From positions 1-34,008 of IMG/VR virus record IMGVR_UViG_3300025536_000009: a stretch of 34,008 bases of DNA. One strand, 5' to 3'. How positions within the stretch are numbered: position 1 is the first letter of the stretch; each line of letters opens with the position of its first letter. The notes beneath the pieces are model-generated. The model worked only from the letters and a program-made list of their open reading frames with translations, was not told the DNA's origin and did no database searches. Positions 21,328-29,569 of the stretch are shown here, one piece after another. The stretch is from a virus. The translations under genes were made by a program, and so were the position numbers.

Positions 21328-23531
21328 TGTGCTGTTACCCTCAACATATTAACGTTCTTTGTCCCTTGTGCACGGAGCTGCTGATCAACCTTCTGAGCCA
21401 AGACAACGGCAAGCTTGCTGATGGAAGACTCATCACCGATCACATGACCGTTGATTGTGATGTCCACCTTCACTTGAGGTGCCATCTGATTGTTGTTGTC
21501 ATTGCCTTCAGCAGCGTGCTGCAGCATAGCGTCAAGCTTGCTCAGTGGAAGGACCGCTTCATCTTCACGTCCTTCACCGATCATTGCAACGGTTGGTCCC
21601 GTGACCACACCACCGGTTGCAAGCATTGGCATCTTAGGGAATCCAACGCTCTTGCCACCAATGCCCGGCACCCAATCAGGAGCCTTCCATTGAATGTTGC
21701 CAAGCGTGCTGTTCCAGAAGCCTGCCACTGCATTGAATGCTGCCCGGAATGGAGCCGTCACAATGTTCTTGACTGCATCAAAGGCAGATCTCAGGGCACC
21801 AATGATCCCGTTCCATGCACCGGTTGCAGTATCACGGACCCAATTGAAGACTCCCACAATGGCATTGCCAACTGCAGAGAAGCCGTTCCTGATGTTATTG
21901 ATGACCGGGTTGATCACATTATCAAAGAGCCACCTTGCAGCGTTCCCAATGGCATTCCAGACGGCAATGGCAGCGTCCTTGATCCAGTTGAATATGGCAA
22001 TATAAGCATTGATGTATGTGGTGATGATGCCCTTGATCACGTCAAAGAGCCACTGAGCAGCAATCAGGATCCCGTCCCACACGGCTTTGACCCCTGCAAC
22101 AAGTAGTTGGAAGGCAGTCACATAGATGTTGATGTACCATTCAACCGCTGACTTGATTGCATTGAAGAGCCACTCTGCCCCGGCTTTGATGCCTTCCCAC
22201 ATGGCTGCAGCTGCAGCTTTTATGGTGTCCCAATTCTTCACAATGAGGATCACAAGTCCCACCACTGCAGCAATGATGAGTCCAATTCCCAAGAGCATGG
22301 CAGCGTTTGCCACTACCCATGCAGCTGCAACTGCTAGTGCTGAAGCAATGTGAGCAGCCTGAGTTGCTATGGCTGCAGCCACCATCTTGATCTGAGTCCC
22401 TGCCCATAGAGCAGCAACCTTTGCAGCCTGAGCGGTAGCCACTGCAGCAATCTTGATCTGAGTGGCAGTCCATACTGCAGCAGTCTTCACGCCGGATGCC
22501 ACCGCCTTCACGCCGGTGCCCACCCATGAGTTGCCTAAGAACTGAACCGTCTTGATCAATGCACTGATGCCCTGAGCCATCTTGCCAATAATAATGAGAG
22601 CCGGTCCAATTGCTGCAGCTATCACCACACCAATGCCAACCATCTTCTGCTGACCTTCAGTGAGTCCATTGAACTTCTCAATCATGCCGGACAGTCCTGC
22701 CACAAAGCTGTTGATTGCAGGCAGTGCATCAGCCATCAGCGTCTCAGCCACATTGCCAAACTCATTCTGAAGCTTTGCCACCTTACCTGCAGTAGTAGCA
22801 CCGAAGGCTTCAGCGGATCCACCGAACTCCTTATTCAACTCTGCAAGAATCACCTTCTGAGCACCCATAGTGTCACCGGCTTCCTGCATAGTTTGGATCT
22901 GCTTCTTCTGATCTTCCGTGAAGGAGACACCAACCTTTGACAGTGCAGTGAGTCCCTTCATAGGATCATTCAAAGCCTTACCAAGTTGAATGGCTTGAGC
23001 CTTCATAGCTTCAGCAGACGGGACGGCTCCACCGTTCATGGCAGTTGCCATGTCCAGAGTCATCTTGGTTGCTTGGTTGAAGATGTCATTGTTCTCACCA
23101 ACGCCGTTCTTGATGTTGGTGAATGTCAATAGCATATTCTCACCGGTCATGACGGCTTCAGCTTCTACACCCGTGAGCTTCTCAAGCTCATCAGCAAGAC
23201 CCGTGACCTGTTCTTTGGTAACGTTTGCAGCACCGCCGGTGGACTTGATCACGGCAGCGGTCTGAGCACCAAGCACTTCAACTCCTTGAAGAGCCTGAAT
23301 AGTAGCTGCACCAAGTGCAACAATAGGAAGGGTGACACCCAAAGACATCCCCTTCCCTACATCTGTCATCTTGGCACCGGCTTTGTCAAGACCGTCAGTG
23401 AATCCCTTCATTCCAGAGGTAGACTCTTTGACCTGCTTGGCTGTTTCACCAATAGAGTCATTCATCTTCTGGATCTCATTGAGACCTTCAGCTTTGGCTC
23501 TAGCTACAATGCTTAATGTTTTTTGCTCCAT
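21324..23531 (-). CDS. Tape measure protein, 735 aa
   Basis: Largest tail gene, following the G/GT chaperones. Long A/G-rich helices, central hydrophobic segments, periodic W/F repeats (..AEWLFNAIKSAVEWYINIY..AAQWLFDVIKG..AARWLFDNVINP..). Confidence 0.85.
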   Translation of the reverse strand: MEQKTLSIVARAKAEGLNEIQKMNDSIGETAKQVKESTSGMKGFTDGLDKAGAKMTDVGKGMSLGVTLPIVALGAATIQALQGVEVLGAQTAAVIKSTGGAANVTKEQVTGLADELEKLTGVEAEAVMTGENMLLTFTNIKNGVGENNDIFNQATKMTLDMATAMNGGAVPSAEAMKAQAIQLGKALNDPMKGLTALSKVGVSFTEDQKKQIQTMQEAGDTMGAQKVILAELNKEFGGSAEAFGATTAGKVAKLQNEFGNVAETLMADALPAINSFVAGLSGMIEKFNGLTEGQQKMVGIGVVIAAAIGPALIIIGKMAQGISALIKTVQFLGNSWVGTGVKAVASGVKTAAVWTATQIKIAAVATAQAAKVAALWAGTQIKMVAAAIATQAAHIASALAVAAAWVVANAAMLLGIGLIIAAVVGLVILIVKNWDTIKAAAAAMWEGIKAGAEWLFNAIKSAVEWYINIYVTAFQLLVAGVKAVWDGILIAAQWLFDVIKGIITTYINAYIAIFNWIKDAAIAVWNAIGNAARWLFDNVINPVINNIRNGFSAVGNAIVGVFNWVRDTATGAWNGIIGALRSAFDAVKNIVTAPFRAAFNAVAGFWNSTLGNIQWKAPDWVPGIGGKSVGFPKMPMLATGGVVTGPTVAMIGEGREDEAVLPLSKLDAMLQHAAEGNDNNNQMAPQVKVDITINGHVIGDESSISKLAVVLAQKVDQQLRAQGTKNVNMLRVTAQ

Positions 23532-24096
23532 AGTTTGATTATACCTTCTAGCTTGCCAAAAAGCTGCTGCTTATCTGTCATAAGTATGACATAGACCCTC
23601 TCCTTCAACCAGTCAGGTTGCTCATCCATGATCTCAGTGGTCCAACCAGTTCCGGCTGCAATCACTGCTTCTATGGTCTCCTGATCTGCAGCCGGTGGGA
23701 ACTTGGTGGAAGGATCAACTAGCTTTTGGTACTGCTTGGACCACCGGCTTTTTTTGACTTGTCAACCGGCTTGGTGATCTCTTCAATCTTCTCCATGAGT
23801 TCATCATAGTCATTGGAGTGCATATCAAGCACACGGTCCAAGACATTCTCACGGCTGCCATCTAACTGAACAACCATCAATTCAATGGTCTTGTCAGTGG
23901 AAGCATCCATGTCTTCCATAGGCACGGGATCAGATTCACCCTTGCCGTCTTTGATGGTCATGTTCTTGCCACCCCATAGGGCATTCTTGATCAGACGCTT
24001 CTCACGTCCGGTCAGGTAGTCACGAAGTTCAACGGTGTGATTGCCGGACTTCAGTTTGTATTCAGTGGTTGGCTTTGAGCTATTTTCAGTAGTCAT
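23513..24096 (-). CDS. Tail assembly chaperone GT-type fusion made by -1 frameshifting at 23755-23749
   Basis: After the slip the -1 frame stays open for 78 codons (SRWSKQYQKLVDPSTKFPPAADQETIEAVIAAGTGWTTEIMDEQPDWLKERVYVILMTDKQQLFGKLEGIIKLWSKKH) and ends at the TAA at 23515-23513, inside the tape-measure start. Confidence 0.6.
23719..24096 (-). CDS. Tail assembly chaperone (G-type, frame-0 product), 125 aa
   Basis: Start at MTTENSS after ttggagaccaatgca; the track start at 24180 lies in the promoter/hairpin. Located between the major tail and tape measure genes. Confidence 0.7.
   Translation of the reverse strand: MTTENSSKPTTEYKLKSGNHTVELRDYLTGREKRLIKNALWGGKNMTIKDGKGESDPVPMEDMDASTDKTIELMVVQLDGSRENVLDRVLDMHSNDYDELMEKIEEITKPVDKSKKAGGPSSTKS
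23749..23755 (-). other. -1 programmed ribosomal frameshift slippery heptamer A_AAA_AAA
   Basis: Minus strand gac aag tcA AAA AAA gcc, in the X_XXY_YYZ register of frame 0. Confidence 0.6.
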
Positions 24097-24130
24097 TGCA
24101 TTGGTCTCCAATCTTATTATTATCAAGTCA

Positions 24131-24147
24131 ATTATAGCACAAGAAGC
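24131..24147 (-). promoter_or_regulatory. GCTTCTTGTGCTATAAT box upstream of the chaperone genes
   Basis: Plus strand attatagcacaagaagc, which reads gcttcttgtgctataat on the minus strand. Confidence 0.4.
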
Positions 24148-24172
24148 GTGAGCACTAAGGCACCACGCTTCT
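24142..24172 (-). terminator. 9-bp hairpin downstream of the major tail gene (partial terminator or mRNA-stabilising stem)
   Basis: agaagcgtg-N13-cacgcttct. On the minus strand it is followed by tgtgct, so there is no clear U-tract. Confidence 0.35.
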
Positions 24173-24211
24173 CTGTTCAACTATGCTGCTTGAGGTGTCA
24201 TGAGTGATCTC

Positions 24212-25195
24212 CTAAGCGTATGATGCAGTTGTGTTCCGGACTTTGTAGTTGAAGAACTGTCCAGTGTTTGCATCCAAGTAACCGTTGATTGAGAGGGTCT
24301 GAGGGATGAGGTCATCAGCACCATAGTCAGGTTCCCAATTCTCAATCATTGCGAACGGCAGATCAATCTGGATTGACGGGTGAGTGTCAGTTCCAATGAC
24401 TGCATCAGTGGCTTCAATCTCCAAACGGAGTGCAAGCTCAGTGTCATTCTTCCAGTAGTTCTTGAACGTCTGAGAGTTATAGAAGATCTCAACTTCACCG
24501 CTGATCTCCATCCGTCCGTTCCGGGGATTGACCTTCTTGTTGCCAAGTGACTCTTTGCGGATCAAGTTCTTGTTGAACTCAATGGATGCACGCCGGACAT
24601 CTGCAATCTCAGTTGCAGCGTCAAGGTCTCCACCCTTTGCAACAATGTAGACATGAGCGTCAGACGGTACGAACTCAAGCTCTTGAGTGTGAGCAGGTGT
24701 GTTGGCAACTGCAGTTGGCTCTTCACTCAGGAAGTTGGCAGTCATCTTTGCATAGTCATCAGTTGCAAACTCTAGTGACAGGCTGTTCAGCATGGCACCG
24801 GGGAAGCGTGAGTCAGCAAGACCACCTTCCTTGATTGCAAGAGTATATGACGGATGAGTGTTGGTGTTGAGCAGGGAACCGGTGTGATCATATGCACCTG
24901 TCTGACCAACTACTGCAGCAGTGGTTGGAACCTGACCGGCAACCATGACAAGGAAGTCAACAATAGCAGCATCAAAGATCTTGGCAGTGATGTCACCTTC
25001 ACCATAACGCCTGATAGTAGCTTGACCACTGTTCTTGGCAAGGTGATTGTAGGAACTCTCATTCATGATCTTGTCTGCACGGGGGAAGAAGCTCAGTTCA
25101 TACTTCCCAATCCAACGTGTAGCAGGGACGGCAGTGCCCCGTGTCGTCTCTTTGCCATATCCAACGGCAACAAGTGCTCCAATAATATCATCCAT
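24212..25195 (-). CDS. Major tail (tube) protein, 327 aa
   Basis: Lies immediately upstream of the G/GT chaperones. The size, the strong stem-loop after the gene and the absence of an adjacent sheath gene fit a siphovirus tube protein. Confidence 0.65.
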   Translation of the reverse strand: MDDIIGALVAVGYGKETTRGTAVPATRWIGKYELSFFPRADKIMNESSYNHLAKNSGQATIRRYGEGDITAKIFDAAIVDFLVMVAGQVPTTAAVVGQTGAYDHTGSLLNTNTHPSYTLAIKEGGLADSRFPGAMLNSLSLEFATDDYAKMTANFLSEEPTAVANTPAHTQELEFVPSDAHVYIVAKGGDLDAATEIADVRRASIEFNKNLIRKESLGNKKVNPRNGRMEISGEVEIFYNSQTFKNYWKNDTELALRLEIEATDAVIGTDTHPSIQIDLPFAMIENWEPDYGADDLIPQTLSINGYLDANTGQFFNYKVRNTTASYA

Positions 25196-25374
25196 TATGA
25201 CTGTTCCTTCCCTGCTTTATGCATTTTCTTAGCCTTATCACCTGCTTCTTTGACGGTCCGTGCAACAACATGGTACACATGACCTTCAACATCTACTGAA
25301 TAATTGGTGTAACCTTCAGCAACCTTGAGGTCTGAAGCCTTGTGTTCCACTGTTTGATCTGATTCCGTTGACAT
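25195..25374 (-). CDS. Small hypothetical protein, 59 aa (below the ORF-track cutoff)
   Basis: Own translation: MSTESDQTVEHKASDLKVAEGYTNYSVDVEGHVYHVVARTVKEAGDKAKKMHKAGKEQS. RBS gtaaggagagcatcat. TAATG overlap with the major tail gene. Confidence 0.55.
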   Translation of the reverse strand: MSTESDQTVEHKASDLKVAEGYTNYSVDVEGHVYHVVARTVKEAGDKAKKMHKAGKEQS

Positions 25375-25442
25375 ATGATGCTCTCCTTACTTCATATTAT
25401 ACTCATAATGATAACTCTACAACAAGCTTATGGCTGCAGACC

Positions 25443-25967
25443 CTATGGCTTCAGCTGATTATGCTTGATCTCAATCTCCAAAGTGCCCTCATAGAGCAAC
25501 ATGCCACGCCCTCTTCCCTCAATGTTTGGACGGATCCGGGCACGGGTCTCTGATCCAAGATCTATATAGAGCCGGTTCATCCGGTCCAGAACGTTGAACT
25601 TCCGGCAGACATATTCCAGTGAGCCAACAAGCATGTCATAGTTCTCATCACGTCCGATCAGCAACCGGTGAAGCTCCATCTCAGGACCAACACGGTCCTT
25701 GCCGGTCAGCCATTCCTTCTTCATGTCAATCATGATGGTGATCTGATAACGGATCCGGGACTGATCATGAGTGTTTGTCTCTGTCCCGGTGGCACTCTCA
25801 ACACCACCACTGATGCAGACCGCCGGGAAGTTGAGCTGATTCTGAGCAATGATCATTGGCGTTCCATAGTAGTATCTGCCCTTCAGTTCCTTGAAGGCGT
25901 GCTCTTCAAACAAGCTCACAAGCTTTTGAGCTATTGGATCACGGTATGTGGTTGAATTGCTTTTCAT
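25443..25967 (-). CDS. Head-tail joining/tail terminator-type protein, 174 aa (assigned by position)
   Basis: Lies between the gpG-like protein and the major tail gene; ATGA-coupled. Confidence 0.5.
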   Translation of the reverse strand: MKSNSTTYRDPIAQKLVSLFEEHAFKELKGRYYYGTPMIIAQNQLNFPAVCISGGVESATGTETNTHDQSRIRYQITIMIDMKKEWLTGKDRVGPEMELHRLLIGRDENYDMLVGSLEYVCRKFNVLDRMNRLYIDLGSETRARIRPNIEGRGRGMLLYEGTLEIEIKHNQLKP

Positions 25968-26404
25968 CTTTGTCCTCTCAATGCATACACTATGTACTTC
26001 TGGAATGCCTTGAATATCTCATCTCTCATTGTAGCATCTATCTGAAGCATCACACGCCGGGGAAGGTTGCTCTTCCGGGGCTGATTGCTTTGGTGGTAGG
26101 GGAACTTGAAGTCATCATTGCCAACCATTGCATAGTCTGAATTGGATTCCTTGAAGAATCCCTTCCTCATGTCACCGCTCTTCTCAAGCAACGGGTGAGT
26201 CTGAGGTGGGATGGTTGGCTTCCGGGGTGCCCATCCACCGAACCGTCCACCACGCTTATCAAAGTTATCTTCAACGGCATCCATCATGATGTCTGCAGCT
26301 TCTGACATTGGCTCAGAGAAGTCCGTCAGGTGATCAATGGTGATGCCTAACTCAGCGGAGATCTGCTTGTCTCCCTCAATCTCAAAGCCTATATTCATGC
26401 CCAT
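25964..26404 (-). CDS. Virion morphogenesis/tail completion protein (Mu gpG-like)
   Basis: ..FDKRGGRFGGWAPRKP..THPLLEKSGDMRKGF..FPYHQ.. resembles that family as I remember it. Fits the Mu-like head-module context. Confidence 0.55.
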   Translation of the reverse strand: MGMNIGFEIEGDKQISAELGITIDHLTDFSEPMSEAADIMMDAVEDNFDKRGGRFGGWAPRKPTIPPQTHPLLEKSGDMRKGFFKESNSDYAMVGNDDFKFPYHQSNQPRKSNLPRRVMLQIDATMRDEIFKAFQKYIVYALRGQR

Positions 26405-26691
26405 GAGAACTCCTTCAGCTCAACGGTCTGACCGGCAAGATCATGAGTTGAGTCTTCTAAGAATTGGATTCTGCCATCAGTCACAAAGGAGTGGCAGCGT
26501 CTCTCCTGTCTCCATTCAGCAAACTCTTCAGAAGCATCAGGATTGGCAGGGTATGTGACAAGCAATGACGGTGTGAATGTTGGCTTCTCTTCATTGCCGT
26601 TGAAGGACCAACGCTCATCAATCTGATGGACATCTTTGCAGCCGGGACAACTGAATGCCCATCCACCTTTGAGCTTATCAAGAACTGCCAT
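26395..26691 (-). CDS. Small Cys/His phage protein, 98 aa (resembles the family I recall as DUF6527)
   Basis: Start at MAVLDKLKGGW (TGAcATG junction with the upstream gene). FSCPGCKDVHQID..WSFNGNEEKPTFTPSLLV..CHSFVTDGRIQFLEDSTHDLAG. Confidence 0.55.
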   Translation of the reverse strand: MAVLDKLKGGWAFSCPGCKDVHQIDERWSFNGNEEKPTFTPSLLVTYPANPDASEEFAEWRQERRCHSFVTDGRIQFLEDSTHDLAGQTVELKEFSWA

Positions 26692-26692
26692 G

Positions 26693-27448
26693 TCACACGT
26701 CCGGGTTGATGGGGAAGCTTCCAGATCCGGGATGACGGAAGAACTTCTCATGCTCATCCGTGCCCACAAGATATGGATCATCACCAAAGATGGTCCCCTT
26801 ACTTTGAACCACTACCGTGCCACCGGTGCCACCATTGCTCTGAGTATTAGGAATCAAAGGATCCTCAAGCAGTGCATCAAGCAGTGAGGTCAGCTCACTC
26901 TTTGCCGTGCTCATCTTCTTATAGCCATCCTTTGAAGTCTCTTCAGTGTCAGCACTGGATCCATAGTCACGGGTCAATGCAAGACCGGCAGCATAGAGCT
27001 TCACGATCATCTGAATGCTTGGATAGTAGTCAGCATGAGTGGCATTGTCAGTATCAAAGGGAGTGGTGATTCCATTGCTCTTGAAGGCACGGTGAACAAT
27101 GCCGGTTGCTTGAGCAATAACGCTGTCAACATACCGGTCAGACATCTGACTATGATGATAATAGATGTGCATGTTCTCAGTGTCTGCAGCAGGTGCATTC
27201 ACCAACGTGATCACACCATTCTCAAAGTCAATGATGTTCACGTCTGCAGGAGCACCGTCAACATACACGGTGACATCTTCTGCATTGGTGAGTTCATCAT
27301 AGTTCCGGTCAACAATAGGCTTGTGCTCTGTCATGAACACTTTGTTGTTGCCGTCTAAGATACCAGTAAGGGAACCGTTCTCTTCAACATGTTGAAAACC
27401 GGCTTCTTCCCGGACATCCTGACGTGTAATGTAGGGAACGGTTGCCAT
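26693..27448 (-). CDS. Head completion/connector-type protein, 251 aa (assigned by position)
   Basis: Lies downstream of the capsid genes; no motif recognised. Confidence 0.45.
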   Translation of the reverse strand: MATVPYITRQDVREEAGFQHVEENGSLTGILDGNNKVFMTEHKPIVDRNYDELTNAEDVTVYVDGAPADVNIIDFENGVITLVNAPAADTENMHIYYHHSQMSDRYVDSVIAQATGIVHRAFKSNGITTPFDTDNATHADYYPSIQMIVKLYAAGLALTRDYGSSADTEETSKDGYKKMSTAKSELTSLLDALLEDPLIPNTQSNGGTGGTVVVQSKGTIFGDDPYLVGTDEHEKFFRHPGSGSFPINPDV

Positions 27449-27456
27449 GTGGGATC

Positions 27457-28164
27457 CTATTCTTCAGTCTTAGCTGATGCTTCTTCTATTGCTTTGATGA
27501 GGTCAGCTTTGTTGTCTTCAGTGTAGGAGTCAAGATTCTCAACACCCTGCTCTTCAGCAATCTTCTTGAGGTCATCAAGTGGCATGTCCTCTGAGATGGT
27601 GACTTCCTCTTCATCAAGGTTGTCAGCTAGTTCCTGAGCTTTGTTCAGTTCAGCAAGAGCTTCATCTTCAGTCTCACCGAATCCGGCAAGTGACTCTTCC
27701 AAGTTGGTGAATCCTTCATCTTGAACGGCAACGATCTTGTCACCATCCTTGAAGTAGCGGATGCCATCAGTGACGTGCTCTTCATAAGATGTTCCACCTG
27801 CAGGATCTTGATTCTTTGCAGCTTCAAGAGCGTCAATCACGCCTTGCTTTGAGCGGATGCCGGTGACATCAACTTCAGCTTCAGCAGCCATTGCCTGAAG
27901 ATCCTTCAGTGACTTGCCGTCATATGGACTTGGCTCTTCCTGTTCATCCTCATTGGACTCAGGAGCTGATTCACCGGGAGCGGTGACAGTTGCACCTTCA
28001 GGTGCTTCAGCAACAAGGATCCACACGTCAGCTTCAAGAGCAGCAAGCTGTTCTTTGGTGAGTTCAAAAATGCTAGTCACACCCTTCTCAAGTGTAACGC
28101 CTGCACGGGTACGCCCTGCAGCATTGAATCCGGGTGCTAGTTTGACTTGGTATAGCTTGCTCAT
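27457..28164 (-). CDS. Acidic protein with two HeH/Rho-N-like motifs, 235 aa
   Basis: Start at MSKLYQV after gaaggagatcaaccac. KSLKDLQAMAAEAEVDVTGIRSKQGVIDAL and LDDLKKIAEEQGVENLDSYTEDNKADLIKAI. Confidence 0.6.
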   Translation of the reverse strand: MSKLYQVKLAPGFNAAGRTRAGVTLEKGVTSIFELTKEQLAALEADVWILVAEAPEGATVTAPGESAPESNEDEQEEPSPYDGKSLKDLQAMAAEAEVDVTGIRSKQGVIDALEAAKNQDPAGGTSYEEHVTDGIRYFKDGDKIVAVQDEGFTNLEESLAGFGETEDEALAELNKAQELADNLDEEEVTISEDMPLDDLKKIAEEQGVENLDSYTEDNKADLIKAIEEASAKTEE

Positions 28165-28243
28165 GTGGTTGATCTCCTTCTTATTATTGATCTCTTTATG
28201 GGGAAGACGGTGCCTGTCTTCCCCACTCATGACCAATTATAGA

Positions 28244-29125
28244 CTAGGCTACAACTGAGATGTAGGCTTTGCGGTATTCACCATAGCCTGCATTGCCACG
28301 AAGGTATGAACCATAGAAGTTCTCCTTGCGGAAGAAGTCTTCATGAGACCCTGCTTCTTGTGCTTCAAACGGAACCTCTTCACGGACCTGCCATACGAAT
28401 GGACGGGCTGTTGGAGAGCTAACATCAAGGAGTGCCCAACGGTTGCTTGCAACGTCAGCCGTCACAAGGATCTCTGCAGCTTGATAGTTAGGGTTGTTCT
28501 CACCACCGGCAAGGTGCTCTTTGAGCAAGATGCCTTCTGCAAGTGCACGCTTGCTAGGTGGAACCACCAAGAGGAACTTAGGAGCACGGTTGAGGACTTT
28601 GCCTGCATCTGAGCGTGCTGTCTCAATTGCAAGACGGGCTGTTGCAAAGGTTGTTGCAGACAATTCTGCAGTTCCCAAGTTGCTCCAGTTCTCAGTACCA
28701 TCTGAGCCGTTACCCTGAACGTGATCAGTATCAGCGAAGTTCTGACCATCATATGCAACAGAACTGTCAGCCAAGTTGATCAGGCTGAACACCTTCTCAT
28801 CCGGGAACGTCCTGAAGTTCTCACCCAAGATCCGGACCATGTTGTTGTAAGTGGCAATCTTGCTGTCACGGATGTCAGCACGTTTGACACGAACACTCTC
28901 TTCAAACTCAATGTTCTTGATCTTGAAGTCATAGTTCTTCAGACCTTGTGGCTGACGCTCACCATGCATCTCACGCATTCCGGCAAGACCACCAAGCCAA
29001 CCATACTCTTCACTACCGCCGTCACTTGGAACAAGTGCAGCGATCCGGTCCCATACCGGTGTTGCAGCGTCATAACCTTCTGCAAACTGGACACGGAATC
29101 CTTCTAGTAAGCTAGTTTCATTCAT
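28244..29125 (-). CDS. Major capsid protein, Mu gpT-like
   Basis: ..SEEYGWLGGLAGMREMHGERQ.. and the overall length and order (protease, small protein, capsid) match Mu-type head modules. Confidence 0.8.
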   Translation of the reverse strand: MNETSLLEGFRVQFAEGYDAATPVWDRIAALVPSDGGSEEYGWLGGLAGMREMHGERQPQGLKNYDFKIKNIEFEESVRVKRADIRDSKIATYNNMVRILGENFRTFPDEKVFSLINLADSSVAYDGQNFADTDHVQGNGSDGTENWSNLGTAELSATTFATARLAIETARSDAGKVLNRAPKFLLVVPPSKRALAEGILLKEHLAGGENNPNYQAAEILVTADVASNRWALLDVSSPTARPFVWQVREEVPFEAQEAGSHEDFFRKENFYGSYLRGNAGYGEYRKAYISVVA

Positions 29126-29153
29126 CTCAATTCTTCACTTTCTGCTTTAGCTA

Positions 29154-29567
29154 TTAGGCTGCTGCTGTTACAAGTGCCACACGGACACGGGTTGCTGATA
29201 CTACTTCAACGATACGTCCGGCTTTGATACCAGATGCAAACGTTTCAACGTTGTTGTCATCTACCCACTGGACAAGATCACCAACAATGCTGTCTGCAGC
29301 ACCACCGGCAGGGTAGCCAAACTCAAACGTGCCTGAACGCTGCACACGGATCCGGGATCCGGCAGGTGCATTGGTAAGGTCTTTAGTTTCAAGGGCAACT
29401 CCTGCAGTCACACTTGAAGCGGTTGTTACTGAACGGCTCAGGAGACCAGTTGTAGGACTGAACACAACTGCACCACCGGTGACGAACTTGCCACCGACGG
29501 TTGCTTTGAGTTCTGCAACTTTGTCTTCACGCCATTTTGGATCACGGGCTGCTGTAAGATTAGCCAT
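29154..29567 (-). CDS. DUF2190-like small head protein (possible decoration/cement protein)
   Basis: 137 aa, G/A/V-rich beta protein between the protease/scaffold and major capsid genes, which is the typical position for that family. Confidence 0.55.
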   Translation of the reverse strand: MANLTAARDPKWREDKVAELKATVGGKFVTGGAVVFSPTTGLLSRSVTTASSVTAGVALETKDLTNAPAGSRIRVQRSGTFEFGYPAGGAADSIVGDLVQWVDDNNVETFASGIKAGRIVEVVSATRVRVALVTAAA

Positions 29568-29569
29568 GA

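Noticed and set aside
21327-23538. Many ORFs on both strands inside the tape measure gene (for example 21327-22106 +, 22141-22527 -)
   Set aside because: The Ala/Gly-rich, GC-rich repetitive coding DNA keeps alternative frames open. The 735-aa frame has the tape-measure features and the correct synteny.
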